Notes under the pieces: model-generated | Databases searched by the model: none | The model's input: the letters and a program-made list of their open reading frames with translations, nothing else | Told to the model about the DNA's origin: nothing | Translations under genes and position numbers: made by a program | IMG/VR virus record: IMGVR_UViG_3300042863_002274 | Length of the DNA: 64,000 nucleotides | DNA from: a virus | Direction: 5' to 3' (one strand) | Part shown: piece by piece, positions 8,919 to 19,188 of the stretch | Layout of the letters: every line of letters starts with the position of its first letter | How positions within the stretch are numbered: the stretch's first letter is position 1

Positions 8919-11900
8919 TATCTTCTCTGCCTGTCAGAACGTTCTTTTTCTTGAATCTTGGCCATGACCATATTGGCAATTACTTCAGGAGCAGCGTTGT
9001 TGCCATTTATTTCAAATGTATAGTAATTATTGGTTCCACCACCGGAACTAGATGATGTAGAAACTGGTGAAGGTGTTGATGTGTCACCCATGCCGGAACC
9101 AGGAACAACGTGGAGATGACGATTAGCCATGGAACCGTGGAACTCAGCAAAGCCTCCATTCGCGTGAACAAGCTTTGCGTACTGACCTAGGTTCTGTCCT
9201 GTGAGGTCATAAGCAGAACCAGTTGCGTGGTCTGAGTTTATTGAACCAAGTGCGTAATCTCTGAGAGAAGAAGTGACTGTTCTCTTTCCTGTTAGTTGAC
9301 CGTTCATAGCAGCGTGACGGCCCATTGTTTGAGAAAGTTTGCTTGTTGCAGTGTCTCCTACGCCACCCGCGCGAGGGGTAGATGTATCGTTGGCCGGCTT
9401 AAGAGTCTTGCCATCAAATACCAGACCCTTTTCCCACCATCCCGGCATTTCGCCGAGAGGGGCCTTGAAGAAGCCTTCCATATTGGTGTTAAATGTATTA
9501 ATAGCAGTTTCTAGACCTGTCGCAGAAGTAGAAAAATCAGTAGCCGCAGTAGCTATTGCGTCAAGCTTCTTTGGGTCTTCAGCAGTAATCGCTACACCGG
9601 GCCCGATGATGCTCTCAAGACCTGATGTTAAATCTGCTGCAGTTTCGCCTTTTAAGCCTTTTCTTAGTCTGTTAGTGTCTACGCCGCGCTTTGCAAGCTC
9701 TGGGTCCATTGCCTCGTCAAACGTCGAAACATCGCCCAGTATCGCTGCCAATTCTTTTGGACTCTTACTAGCGAGAGCTGCTTTCAGGGCTCCCTGGTCG
9801 ACCGTCATGTTCTTCTTGGATAGTCTTGCGCTTATTTGAGTAGCAGCTTCGCCAACCATTCCCTCTTTTAGCAAACCTTGAGATTTTATAACATCTTTAT
9901 CCCCCAAGACGGTCTTTCCCTGTCCTGCCAGGGCTCCGCCTTTTGCAAAAACCCCCCCCTCTTCTCCTTGACCAAACATTTCGTTATAGGCAAGATAGGC
10001 TTTTGTCGCATCCCCACCATTTACTGCCAGTAGTTGCGGCATCATTTGCTCAAAGGAAGCGCCAATGGCTTTTGATTTATCCGCCTTGCTTGTTCCCTTC
10101 TTACGAAGGACATCACCTAAACCGGCTACGTTCTGGTTGAGAGCGGCGCTTTTTTCTCCTGCTTCTCTGGTTTCCTTGAAGGGATTTGCTCCAGTAAGAA
10201 AAGTATCTACTAACGCATCATTCAGGGCTGCTCCGGTTTTTATGATGCCTTCAGTAAATTTTGTTAGAAGTTCGTTGTACTTTACGGTTGGGTTATAGAG
10301 GTCTATACCCAACTTTTTAGCCATTTGTTCTAGTTCTGCACCACTTTTACCAGTAGCTCTAGATAACGCATCTATTCTGGCGGTGTTTTGTTTGTCTATT
10401 TCCCCAAGTTGTTTCTGAACAGCCGGGTCAGTTTCTTTTAGCATTGTGCGCAGCGTGCCAGTCGCCTTTTTTTTCTGTGTCTTTTGGTCTTCTGCGCTTA
10501 CCTTTTTTCCTTCTGCAGTCTTGTAGTACGCCTCAAGAGCGGCTACGGGGTCTTCGAATTCCTGTCTCCCACCCGACATGTAGCTTCCGCCGGTACCTGC
10601 TATTGCGCCACTTATAGAGCTGCGAATACCGGCTTGGGTTTTTGCATAACCTGCTCCAACTCCAAGCATGGTTGCACCTTTTCCAGCCAGGCTTTGACCT
10701 TTCTGGGAAGCTTCGTAGTTTTTCTGAAATGCTGCTCCTGCGCTTTTCGTGGTCTCCATATAAAGACGCCCGAAGCTTTCCATGACTGTCGCTTTAGCTG
10801 CAGCAAGTTGAGCCTTTCCTTTATTTACGGCTCCCATTATTCCGCCGACAAGTAGACCTATTCCAGCACCAATAGCCGCGCCTTGTGGCCCAAGCATTCC
10901 GCCTAGAGCGGCTCCACCAGCAGCACCAGATATCGCACCCTTCATTGTGCCCTGAGCCTTCATGGCTCCACCTATTCCAGCAACACCAAGTCCAAGCATT
11001 GGGTTAATGGTGGCAACGGTTGCTCCAAGAGCCATGGCTCCACGCATTTCTTCTGGGGCATACTGACTTGCCATTCCAAGTCCTATTCCTACACCGGCGC
11101 GACCACCCATACTGTTGTTGAACTTCTTTGTGCCTGCTCCGAATTTACTGTCGTTACGCGTAATTCTGTTCATATCGCGGGCGTAATTTAATCTTCCCGA
11201 AAGTTTTCTCAGGCCCCCTTGCGAGTCAGTTCCTCCTTTTCTTATTCCGTCGTCGCCTTTCACGCCAAATCTTCTGTTCTTTAGTGCGTCGCGCTGTGCT
11301 TTTACATCTCTGAACTCACCTTTTTCGCTGTCGTACGCACCAGAGTTGAGGTAAGCCATTCCGCCTCTAGCGACACCAACTCCCCTATCTATGCCTGACC
11401 TGGTTTTGTTTGCTGCACGTCTAAGGTCGTTTGAAACGCCTGTTCCGATTCCGACAGGGCGAGGGTCGTTTTTGAATTCTGCAACTGAGCCCTTTTTTGC
11501 AAGTATTTGGCGATTTATTTCTTCTCTTGTAGATTCTTTAGTTATGCCAGTAATGCCTTTGCCTGTCGCAATTTGATGCAACTCGTCTCTAGAGCGACCA
11601 TTTAGTGACTGTTCGGCTCGAAAACGAGCAGACTGTGCAAGATTGTACTGAGGGTTTGGTTGAGGTTTTCCATCACGACCCATAATGGTCGGGGATGCAT
11701 ACGGGTCTTTGGGTTGCCCAAATGCCGCATATCCAGCTCCTCGTCCTATTTGCTGCCTCTTGGTAAATCTTTCTGTGTGTCTTTGGGTTGAACCACTTGA
11801 GCGAAACCCCATGCGATATCCGTCTTTAATATTTTGGGAAAATCTACGAGATGGGTCATCTCTCATTTCGCGATACGCTCCGCCTCCTATTCTTGACGAC

Positions 11901-13651
11901 GGATAAACGGACGTACCAGAACTACCAGGAGCACCACTACCTCCTGCTGACGTTGCGCCAGAAGAAAGGCGACCGGAACCGACTGGACCAGCATTGCCGA
12001 TATTTACACTGTTGGCCGTTACGTTCATGGTTTGTGTATGGGTTCCGGACTTGGGCATTAAGCGCCCCTTGACTCCGGCCAATCCTCGTCCCAAAACAGC
12101 AGCACCCATTAGTGGGGCAAGCGCTGCCCCAAGACCGCTTCCGGCTCCAACGGTCATTACTTTCGTAAGCACTTTTAATACCTGATTAAGGCCTGCTAAA
12201 AGGTCATTTATAAATGGAGCCATTTGGGCAAAGTTTTTCTTTAGGCCCATAAAGTATTCAGAAAGGGTGTCGATGATGTCGGCTATGCGTTGACCGAACT
12301 CTTCAACAAAAAAACTATTTTCTTCCAGGAGGTCCTTGAAAAGCGTAAGGTTTTGAGCGCCTCCCTTGATGGAATCCCATATCGGGTCCATGGCCTTATA
12401 TAGAACCTTTGCTCCGTCGATAAGTGGACGTGTCGCATCTAGAACAAGATTCCAACCACGCTTGAATTTTGTATACCAGTCACCGATTCTGTCGAACATG
12501 CCAACAGCAGTAGGAAGGTATTCGCGAATCATTTTCACTAGCCAGCCAGATGCTTTTTCTATAGCGCTTGCAAAGTTATTTATTCCTTCCTCTGCTCCAA
12601 AGCTGTACTGGATTGCAGCAAATACGCGCGCTAAGTCGGTTCTGACTTTGTCAAACACGCGAGCAAATGCAGTTTTTAGCGGCTCAAGAAACATGTCGCC
12701 AAAGTCCGCGAATTCGCCACGTAAACGGGTAAAGTAGCCTTTCATTTGACTAATCAAAGTATTGTTCACTGCGTCAAACTGACCGGAGACGCCACCCTTT
12801 TTAGCAAGGTCTCCAGACATCAGGAGTTCTTGAAATTGTTTCTTTGTCTTAACGTTCGCCTTTTTTAAAGCCGATTCCATCTCTGGACCTAGTTTTTTTG
12901 CCTCAGTTATGACGTCACTGATGTTTTTCTTTTTATCAGAAAGTGCGGCTATAACTACAGATACTTGCTCAAGCCCCTTGGCTGGGTCTTGACCTGCTGA
13001 ACCAAAGTCCATCAAAGCCTTGATTGCACCACCACTTTGATTAATTTGGCTGGTATTCATTGATTTTGACATATTTCCATATGCCTTATTGAGTGCTTCT
13101 ACGCCAAGGCTCGACAGAGCGGCATCGGATTGCAGGTTTCTCATCGCCATGCGGGTCTGATTCATCGCTGACCCAAAAGCTGGAGCACCCTTGCCCCTGT
13201 AGGCATATATTGCTGCTTGTTGTTCTCGTATGGCTGCCGAGGCTGCAGATATTGCAACAACCACCCCCGCCGCACCTGACGCAAGCATCTGCATGGCTCC
13301 CCTATAGGCTTTGACCAGAAATTGTCCTGCAGCAAATAATGCATGGATGCCAATCATTGTTGCGCCAAGTATTGCCATTTCGACAACAACACCCTTAACT
13401 GACATTCCCAAGAACTTGGTCAGGCCTTTGCCTGCCATCTTTGCGCCTTTGTCTATGGCGTCAAAACTTCTCTTCCAGCCACTGGTCATGCTGTTTAGGC
13501 TTTTGTTTGTGCTGTTGGCAAACTTGTCTGTTCTACCGCTAGAAAGCTTGTCTAGTCTTTTGTGTAAAACTGCAATTTCTGCAATCGCACGGCGAATTTC
13601 ACCAGTTTGGGCATCAAATTTAATTTTTACATTAATATTTTCGTCTGCCAT
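8918..13651 (-). CDS. Tape measure protein with C-terminal M15-like Zn peptidase motif
   Basis: 1577 aa, Ala/Gly-rich and helical, after the tail chaperone; C-terminal TSSLR...SDHATGSAYD...RHLHV. Confidence 0.9.
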   Translation of the reverse strand: MADENINVKIKFDAQTGEIRRAIAEIAVLHKRLDKLSSGRTDKFANSTNKSLNSMTSGWKRSFDAIDKGAKMAGKGLTKFLGMSVKGVVVEMAILGATMIGIHALFAAGQFLVKAYRGAMQMLASGAAGVVVAISAASAAIREQQAAIYAYRGKGAPAFGSAMNQTRMAMRNLQSDAALSSLGVEALNKAYGNMSKSMNTSQINQSGGAIKALMDFGSAGQDPAKGLEQVSVVIAALSDKKKNISDVITEAKKLGPEMESALKKANVKTKKQFQELLMSGDLAKKGGVSGQFDAVNNTLISQMKGYFTRLRGEFADFGDMFLEPLKTAFARVFDKVRTDLARVFAAIQYSFGAEEGINNFASAIEKASGWLVKMIREYLPTAVGMFDRIGDWYTKFKRGWNLVLDATRPLIDGAKVLYKAMDPIWDSIKGGAQNLTLFKDLLEENSFFVEEFGQRIADIIDTLSEYFMGLKKNFAQMAPFINDLLAGLNQVLKVLTKVMTVGAGSGLGAALAPLMGAAVLGRGLAGVKGRLMPKSGTHTQTMNVTANSVNIGNAGPVGSGRLSSGATSAGGSGAPGSSGTSVYPSSRIGGGAYREMRDDPSRRFSQNIKDGYRMGFRSSGSTQRHTERFTKRQQIGRGAGYAAFGQPKDPYASPTIMGRDGKPQPNPQYNLAQSARFRAEQSLNGRSRDELHQIATGKGITGITKESTREEINRQILAKKGSVAEFKNDPRPVGIGTGVSNDLRRAANKTRSGIDRGVGVARGGMAYLNSGAYDSEKGEFRDVKAQRDALKNRRFGVKGDDGIRKGGTDSQGGLRKLSGRLNYARDMNRITRNDSKFGAGTKKFNNSMGGRAGVGIGLGMASQYAPEEMRGAMALGATVATINPMLGLGVAGIGGAMKAQGTMKGAISGAAGGAALGGMLGPQGAAIGAGIGLLVGGIMGAVNKGKAQLAAAKATVMESFGRLYMETTKSAGAAFQKNYEASQKGQSLAGKGATMLGVGAGYAKTQAGIRSSISGAIAGTGGSYMSGGRQEFEDPVAALEAYYKTAEGKKVSAEDQKTQKKKATGTLRTMLKETDPAVQKQLGEIDKQNTARIDALSRATGKSGAELEQMAKKLGIDLYNPTVKYNELLTKFTEGIIKTGAALNDALVDTFLTGANPFKETREAGEKSAALNQNVAGLGDVLRKKGTSKADKSKAIGASFEQMMPQLLAVNGGDATKAYLAYNEMFGQGEEGGVFAKGGALAGQGKTVLGDKDVIKSQGLLKEGMVGEAATQISARLSKKNMTVDQGALKAALASKSPKELAAILGDVSTFDEAMDPELAKRGVDTNRLRKGLKGETAADLTSGLESIIGPGVAITAEDPKKLDAIATAATDFSTSATGLETAINTFNTNMEGFFKAPLGEMPGWWEKGLVFDGKTLKPANDTSTPRAGGVGDTATSKLSQTMGRHAAMNGQLTGKRTVTSSLRDYALGSINSDHATGSAYDLTGQNLGQYAKLVHANGGFAEFHGSMANRHLHVVPGSGMGDTSTPSPVSTSSSSGGGTNNYYTFEINGNNAAPEVIANMVMAKIQEKERSDRQRR

Positions 13652-13718
13652 ATAGCCTGCCCAGAGTGATTTTTACATCACGTGAGTCTAAGGCGGTCAA
13701 GCTATGGGAGCAGTATCC

Positions 13719-13910
13719 CTAAGTCTTCGACTTGCGCTCTTGCTCTTCGCGGTCGTTACTTATTACTTTAGCACAGGCGAGAAGGACCAACCAGTCATTA
13801 TCGTCAAAGTTCATGAGTTCCAACGGATTAACGTGGAAAAGTTCTCCAAGTCTTGCTGCGGAGATGACTATGGAATCTTCAACTAGTTCGTCGAAGATTC
13901 CTTCGTAGGG
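13719..13910 (-). CDS. Tail assembly chaperone -1 frameshift extension (gpT-like)
   Basis: Open -1 frame with no start codon near its 5' end, overlapping the chaperone 3' end: (P)YEGIFDELVEDSIVISAARLGELFHVNPLELMNFDDNDWLVLLACAKVISNDREEQERKSKT*. Confidence 0.75.
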   Translation of the reverse strand, partial: PYEGIFDELVEDSIVISAARLGELFHVNPLELMNFDDNDWLVLLACAKVISNDREEQERKSKT

Positions 13911-14434
13911 TCCACCGCGGCAACAGTATCTGAATATCCAGCGGCGTCCAAGATTGCCAAAGCGGCTGATTCGATGTGAGGGTCAACACCAAACATGGCA
14001 CGAACGGCATCTGGAACCGGACGAGTAGTATCGGTCATTTCCAAAACTAATGGGTGAGCAAAGTTAAGATTATTGCCACTCTCGTCATAGATTTCCTCAT
14101 CATCCATACAGATGCCGATGGTTGTATTACCAATAACTAGGCAGGCAAATTTAGTGGCATCAAGACCGTTTCGTGAGTCTTCGCCAGCAGATTTTCTCCA
14201 GTTTTTCATCTGTGACTGGGTAATGTTTGGGCTGACCTTAATGCTCACACCATCACGTTCCGTGACAGGAATATGAACAACAGGGCGTTCAACTTTCTTT
14301 TTGACAACAGAACGCAAGCGGTCAAGTTGTGTCTCTTCTTTTATAGAAGAAGTAAGTCCATCACGCTGACCAGCCTTTTTGCTGCTCTTAACGTCGTCGG
14401 AGTCTTCGGTTGTGTACAGTGGATTATCGCTCAT
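13883..14434 (-). CDS. Tail assembly chaperone (gpG-like)
   Basis: Lies between tail tube and tape measure; ends VDPTKESSTN. Confidence 0.8.
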   Translation of the reverse strand: MSDNPLYTTEDSDDVKSSKKAGQRDGLTSSIKEETQLDRLRSVVKKKVERPVVHIPVTERDGVSIKVSPNITQSQMKNWRKSAGEDSRNGLDATKFACLVIGNTTIGICMDDEEIYDESGNNLNFAHPLVLEMTDTTRPVPDAVRAMFGVDPHIESAALAILDAAGYSDTVAAVDPTKESSTN

Positions 14435-14440
14435 GCTGAG

Positions 14441-14476
14441 AAGCTAGCACAGACATATTGCCTGGCGTTGCAACTA
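14441..14476 (-). promoter_or_regulatory. Putative late promoter TAGTTGCAA-N21-TAGCTT (leaderless)
   Basis: Same motif and spacing upstream of three other structural genes; -10 box 6 nt before the ATG. Confidence 0.7.
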
Positions 14477-14482
14477 GCGTAT

Positions 14483-14980
14483 TTAGGCGGCGTCTACGTC
14501 TGAGATTGCGAAGGTCAATGCGAAGGTGGCTGGAGCTCCAGATGACGAGTCACCTTCTGGCTCAGTCATTCCAACAAGAAGCGCATTTGTGTAAATACGG
14601 TCATTGGTTGGGTCCTTGATGTCGCAGTCGTAAACAGATACTGTAAGGTTAAAGTAAGCTGTTCCGACGTATCGACGCAAGTCCTTGAGTTTACGGCCGA
14701 TACCAGCTTCAGTGAGTGAGGTATTCATATCATCGTCATAGTGAGCAGTCAGCGTGATGTCACCTATCTCCGAAGGGGCACATAGGACTGTTGGTCTAGA
14801 CTTTCCGCCTTCGTAGATTTTCTCTACAGATGCTGTTATCTCGCCACCTGAAACCTGAGCAAAGCGGAATCCGTTCCACTTAGGCAGGTTGGCCTGCACG
14901 TTGGTTTGCTGTTTGGCGTTGTCGCTGAAAGTGCTTGGAACTATTGTTGCTAGTACTTGTCTTTGAGCTACTTTTGACAT
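14483..14980 (-). CDS. Tail tube protein
   Basis: 165 aa directly after sheath; FAQVSGG...GDITLT...TFALTF. Confidence 0.85.
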   Translation of the reverse strand: MSKVAQRQVLATIVPSTFSDNAKQQTNVQANLPKWNGFRFAQVSGGEITASVEKIYEGGKSRPTVLCAPSEIGDITLTAHYDDDMNTSLTEAGIGRKLKDLRRYVGTAYFNLTVSVYDCDIKDPTNDRIYTNALLVGMTEPEGDSSSGAPATFALTFAISDVDAA

Positions 14981-14996
14981 GAGGAATTTCCTTTGT

Positions 14997-16451
14997 TTAA
15001 ACTACTGTTGAGGTTAGGTTTGACTTGACAATATCGATTTCGATTCTGTCACCGACGCTGCTGACACGAACGCCAACTTTTGCTTTGACCAAGCCTTCAG
15101 ACAACTGCAATGTTGAGTTGAGCGAAGTATCGCACTTCACAACATAACCGTCATCAAGCTGACGACCGTTTGCGTCAAAAGCTGGGTAAAGAGCTCCGAG
15201 ATTACGCATGACCGACAAAATCGATATCAATCGTGACTCAATGTTGGCGAAAATAGTGTTTCTGCCGTCGATGGAGCTAAACACAACATCTTCGATAGAG
15301 CGGTAGCACTCTGTAACAATTGTATTTACAACGTCTTGCTGAGTAATATAGCGGAAGTTATCAACGTCAGATGACAGTGAACGTGCACCGTAGATTCTAA
15401 TTGTGTTTTGAATGATTCTGATTGGGTTGACGTAGTTGGCATCAAGGTCATCACCAATTGTTTTGTTTATGTCAGCCTTCAGGCCGACTACAAATGATGC
15501 TGCCGAGATAAGACCTGCTGCAGGAAGATGTGGCCCTGTTTGGTTGTGAGCAACCGCACGCTTGCCAGCGACATATCCTACTGGCGGAACAAATCTGGTA
15601 ACTCCTGGTACTCCAGTTGGAACCTCTACCCATGGGTAGTATAAGGCTGCGTGTTCTGCACCGTCTTCGGCTTGAAGCGTAAGTGCTGTTGACTTGACTG
15701 CAGATACAGCCGCATTCTCGCCTGTGAACAAGAGAGCAATTCTACTGTTTGCATTTGCATGTTCAATCAGAGCAGTTGACATTGCATCAGAAAAGTCTTC
15801 TGGGCAAACTACTGCACCAGAACCAAGGGCGTCATTGAAGAGTGCCAATTGTGTTTCATAAGTAGCTTGGACAACTTGGTTATGATAAGAGTCGCCTGCA
15901 CTAAGAGAAGTCAAAGCGAGAGCGTCTGGGACGAGGCTGGTGCTGTTAACTGTTGCGTTTACGTATCTTTGGGCGATTGCGCTCAGATTTATTCTGCCCG
16001 CTGCCTGAGATGTTGTAGACACTGTTCCTGTTGAGTACTTCTGTACTCCAGAGTAATAGATGTCAATTTTAAACGTGCTTGCCGTAGGGGCCGTGACTAC
16101 GACACCAACATTCGCGCTCCATGCGCCCGCTCCGTTTGCGGTAAGTGTAAGAGCAGCGGTTCCTCCGTCGTTAAGCACAAGGCTTCCTACGGTTGCAGAT
16201 GCTCCAACGGCTCTGGCTACGTAAGCCCGTGTGCCGCCTTCTTCGAAAAATGTTTCCAGGGTTGAGTGAGTGTAGGTACCGGTTAGGTAATCTCCAAACG
16301 TATCCTCGAACTCTCCCAGGTTTTGGATGAGTACAGGCTCGTCTGAAGGGCCTCTCTCTGTCAGGCCTACGACAAACAACTGTGACGACTCGCGTACTGT
16401 TGTGGTCGAAGGACCGGTTCTTACTGAAGTTGATATAACTACGCCAGGCAT
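14997..16451 (-). CDS. Contractile tail sheath protein
   Basis: MPGVVI, GLTERGP, FFEEGG, ALYYPWV, VNPIR and IYGARSL sheath motifs. Confidence 0.95.
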   Translation of the reverse strand: MPGVVISTSVRTGPSTTTVRESSQLFVVGLTERGPSDEPVLIQNLGEFEDTFGDYLTGTYTHSTLETFFEEGGTRAYVARAVGASATVGSLVLNDGGTAALTLTANGAGAWSANVGVVVTAPTASTFKIDIYYSGVQKYSTGTVSTTSQAAGRINLSAIAQRYVNATVNSTSLVPDALALTSLSAGDSYHNQVVQATYETQLALFNDALGSGAVVCPEDFSDAMSTALIEHANANSRIALLFTGENAAVSAVKSTALTLQAEDGAEHAALYYPWVEVPTGVPGVTRFVPPVGYVAGKRAVAHNQTGPHLPAAGLISAASFVVGLKADINKTIGDDLDANYVNPIRIIQNTIRIYGARSLSSDVDNFRYITQQDVVNTIVTECYRSIEDVVFSSIDGRNTIFANIESRLISILSVMRNLGALYPAFDANGRQLDDGYVVKCDTSLNSTLQLSEGLVKAKVGVRVSSVGDRIEIDIVKSNLTSTVV

Positions 16452-16500
16452 AGGACCTCACTGTTTCGCATTGGGAATCCCGTTTGTGATTGTGATTTCA

Positions 16501-16536
16501 ATTGTACAGAGGGGTATGTATTATTCTGTGCAACTA
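16501..16536 (-). promoter_or_regulatory. Putative late promoter TAGTTGCAC-N21-TACAAT
   Basis: Upstream of sheath; conserved motif and spacing. Confidence 0.75.
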
Positions 16537-16562
16537 TGAATTGAACTTTAAAAATATAAAAA

Positions 16563-17171
16563 CTAATTATCAAGTGACGGCATTTCTTCTGCAGTTCCTG
16601 CGGTAACTGTTTCTATTTCTATTGAATCCACAACTCCGAGAGGCTCTCTTGTGACAACTTCGTCTATTTCGAGGATGTAGGAGATGTATGCACCAGCCAT
16701 CATTCTCTCGCCTTTTAGTAGAGAGATATCTGAATATTCTTCACGAATGCTGTTTTCGCCTATTATCGCCCTAAATGAGGTTCTAGAGTCGTAGGCCTTT
16801 AGGCAGGGGTAGTCAAGAAGCGCGCTTCTAACGACAGTGGTTAGTCTGTCTCTCATTACCGTCGTTGGCTCATTGCCTTCGTCGCGGACCCAAATGTACG
16901 TTCTCATGCTGTAGGAGACCCTGTAAAGAGGGTCTGCACCATCGAAGCCTATTCGCTCTAATCCATTCATGGCAGTCGTTACGGTGATGATTGAGGGCCA
17001 TTCATCTATGGCTAGTGGTTCGTAAGCTATGTACTGACCAGGGTCTGGCAGCAAAGTGCTGTCCAGGTTCCAGCCATTTCTGTAGCGGATTAATCTTATT
17101 GGTAGGTCCTGTGTCAAGTAATCATTGACATATTTCTTTGCAAAATGAGAACCATTCATTAAAGCCGTCAT
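16563..17171 (-). CDS. Tail terminator/completion protein
   Basis: Position between neck genes and sheath; 202 aa. Confidence 0.6.
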   Translation of the reverse strand: MTALMNGSHFAKKYVNDYLTQDLPIRLIRYRNGWNLDSTLLPDPGQYIAYEPLAIDEWPSIITVTTAMNGLERIGFDGADPLYRVSYSMRTYIWVRDEGNEPTTVMRDRLTTVVRSALLDYPCLKAYDSRTSFRAIIGENSIREEYSDISLLKGERMMAGAYISYILEIDEVVTREPLGVVDSIEIETVTAGTAEEMPSLDN

Positions 17172-17668
17172 ATTAATTTACTTCCCTGAACAACGTATTG
17201 GAGTGTTTTTTTATTTATGTCTCTGTCAAAATCTCGAGGAATAAAAAGTATTTTTCTTGCTGGCATGTCTCGGGTTCCGTATTGATGAAACCTGGCTATG
17301 GGACTGTCGATAACAAAAGTCCCCTCCATCTCGGTTATTACATTTTTTGAACTAGACGCCATATTGGCAACGCTTCTAAAAAGTTCTCCAGTTATCATCA
17401 TCATCGGAGCGCCAGGATAACGTTCGGCTTTTTGAAACGCATAGTCATCATCAAGAGGAGGCCATGCCCCCTTTAACATCGCCTTTGCAGACATCGCACC
17501 CATCGTTGTAAAGTTTTTTGAATAAGCTCTTTGTAAGTAGTCTTTTCCCCATTGCAAAACCGGCCTCATGTCATTGGCTCTGTCTCGCATGTTTTGCAGT
17601 CTGTCTACAGTATCTTTGCCCTGCCAGTCAACGTCCGTGACTGTTACTAAAACGTTTCTTGAGGCCAC
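17168..17668 (-). CDS. Neck/virion morphogenesis protein (Mu gpG/P2 gpS-like)
   Basis: TGELFRS, ARFHQYGTRDMPARKIL motifs; GTG start at 17668 preferred to the ORF-track start. Confidence 0.8.
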   Translation of the reverse strand: MASRNVLVTVTDVDWQGKDTVDRLQNMRDRANDMRPVLQWGKDYLQRAYSKNFTTMGAMSAKAMLKGAWPPLDDDYAFQKAERYPGAPMMMITGELFRSVANMASSSKNVITEMEGTFVIDSPIARFHQYGTRDMPARKILFIPRDFDRDINKKTLQYVVQGSKLI

Positions 17669-17672
17669 GTCG

Positions 17673-18317
17673 TTATACCCGAACTCGTCTATATTTCCTA
17701 ATCGAACCAAGCTCGCTATCAAGGAATCCAGTCACAAGAGGGCCAGTACCACGCGTATTTAAGTCTTTTACGCCAACAACGTCGTCGTACATATTCTGCA
17801 TTTCACGTGAAGCCGCTCTGATGATTAAGAGCCTAAAGATAGGTATTGATGTTCCGTCTAGGCCGGCGGTATAAGTTATTGTCACTAAATCGTCGGACCA
17901 TCCGTAGTAGTAATCAATTCCATATTTTCTAGTGATGTAATCGACCTCTTCTTGGAGAACTTTTTCTGCTCCAAAAAGCGGTTTTACTTTTACTTCGTCA
18001 ACCGAAACTATAGGAGTATTTTTTAGATAGACGGTTGGTGGAGGAGTGGCCCAAGTCGTTGTGTCGTTGCTTGGGCTTGACGTATATGAAGAGTTGTACG
18101 TGTTGTCGTTTGATGTCAAAAACGAACCCATTGGCACTCCTGTGTGATTGGAGTCAAGACGTATTTCTTCGGTAAATTCTTGGACTTCTATTGGTCGCTT
18201 AAGGAAAGCTTCCATTTCACTTTGAAGGCCAGCCAGAATTATTTCTGCAGCGTCTTCTTGGCGAGCGGACAATTTGATGTCCATATATGTCTTAATGTCG
18301 TTGACTGAGACAATCAT
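17673..18317 (-). CDS. Head-to-tail adaptor protein
   Basis: VSVNDIKTYM, PIVSVDEV and VTITYTAG motifs; ends LGSIRKYRRVRV. Confidence 0.8.
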   Translation of the reverse strand: MIVSVNDIKTYMDIKLSARQEDAAEIILAGLQSEMEAFLKRPIEVQEFTEEIRLDSNHTGVPMGSFLTSNDNTYNSSYTSSPSNDTTTWATPPPTVYLKNTPIVSVDEVKVKPLFGAEKVLQEEVDYITRKYGIDYYYGWSDDLVTITYTAGLDGTSIPIFRLLIIRAASREMQNMYDDVVGVKDLNTRGTGPLVTGFLDSELGSIRKYRRVRV

Positions 18318-18435
18318 GGCGGCTCCCGGTTAAAGCGATGTTGCAAATAAATGTTGTATCAAATTCTAACACCTAGTAATGACCTGGCCGAACACTGGGG
18401 TTGCTCGCAAGGTGATTCCGGTGTAGATTACGGAG

Positions 18436-18738
18436 ATGAGCGATTCATCAAAATTTAATCCAACTGTTGAATTCGACAACAAAGAGATATCTGAAGCCAA
18501 TATGAGCGTTTTAGATAGGGTCACTCAAGCGTTATTTGCATTATTTATGCCGGAGGGCGGAATTGAGTCTCCTGACGAAATTGACGATTTAGCAAATCAG
18601 TCTTTTGAAATGGCCACTGTAGTCATGGCAGTTGCGGGAATGAGCATTGTTGGGGAAAACATCGACGGCGATTATGTTGCACGGTTCAAGCCCTATAAGT
18701 CCTTTAGTGACTTTGCTATTAAAAACAATATTCAATAA
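18436..18738 (+). CDS. Hypothetical protein (paralog of next gene)
   Basis: 100 aa; TTGCTC-N17-TAGATT-N6-ATG promoter. Confidence 0.75.
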   Translation: MSDSSKFNPTVEFDNKEISEANMSVLDRVTQALFALFMPEGGIESPDEIDDLANQSFEMATVVMAVAGMSIVGENIDGDYVARFKPYKSFSDFAIKNNIQ

Positions 18739-18750
18739 AGAAGGATAAAT

Positions 18751-19188
18751 ATGTCAGAACAAGAAATTAAGGGCACTTTGTTTGCGGACCAAAACGCAAG
18801 AAGAGCCGCGACTGTAAACATTGTGGACAGGCTTCATCAGGGATTATTTTACTACTACACCGAGCATGAGCCTGAAATAGAAGATGACGACATAAAAGTA
18901 GAGTTGGGCGATTACATGTGGCAGGTTGCAACTACCCTTATGGCCATGTGCGGATTAAGAATTATTGGAACAGAAAGCTCAACTGGAAGATATTTAGCCA
19001 CTTTTGAACCAGTAGAGTCTGTAAAGCAATTTTTACTGGAAAAAGACTTCGGACAGGAAAATGATTATTACTATGAAGATTTTCTAGAGGATGCTGAACC
19101 GGATGCCGGACTAGGACTGCATAGTTGGAGGCTGATGGATGAGAAAGAAGTTCTAGGGGACGAAGAGGACGAGATTACAACCCTTTAG
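18751..19188 (+). CDS. Hypothetical acidic protein (paralog of previous gene)
   Basis: 145 aa with AAGGA RBS. Confidence 0.75.
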   Translation: MSEQEIKGTLFADQNARRAATVNIVDRLHQGLFYYYTEHEPEIEDDDIKVELGDYMWQVATTLMAMCGLRIIGTESSTGRYLATFEPVESVKQFLLEKDFGQENDYYYEDFLEDAEPDAGLGLHSWRLMDEKEVLGDEEDEITTL

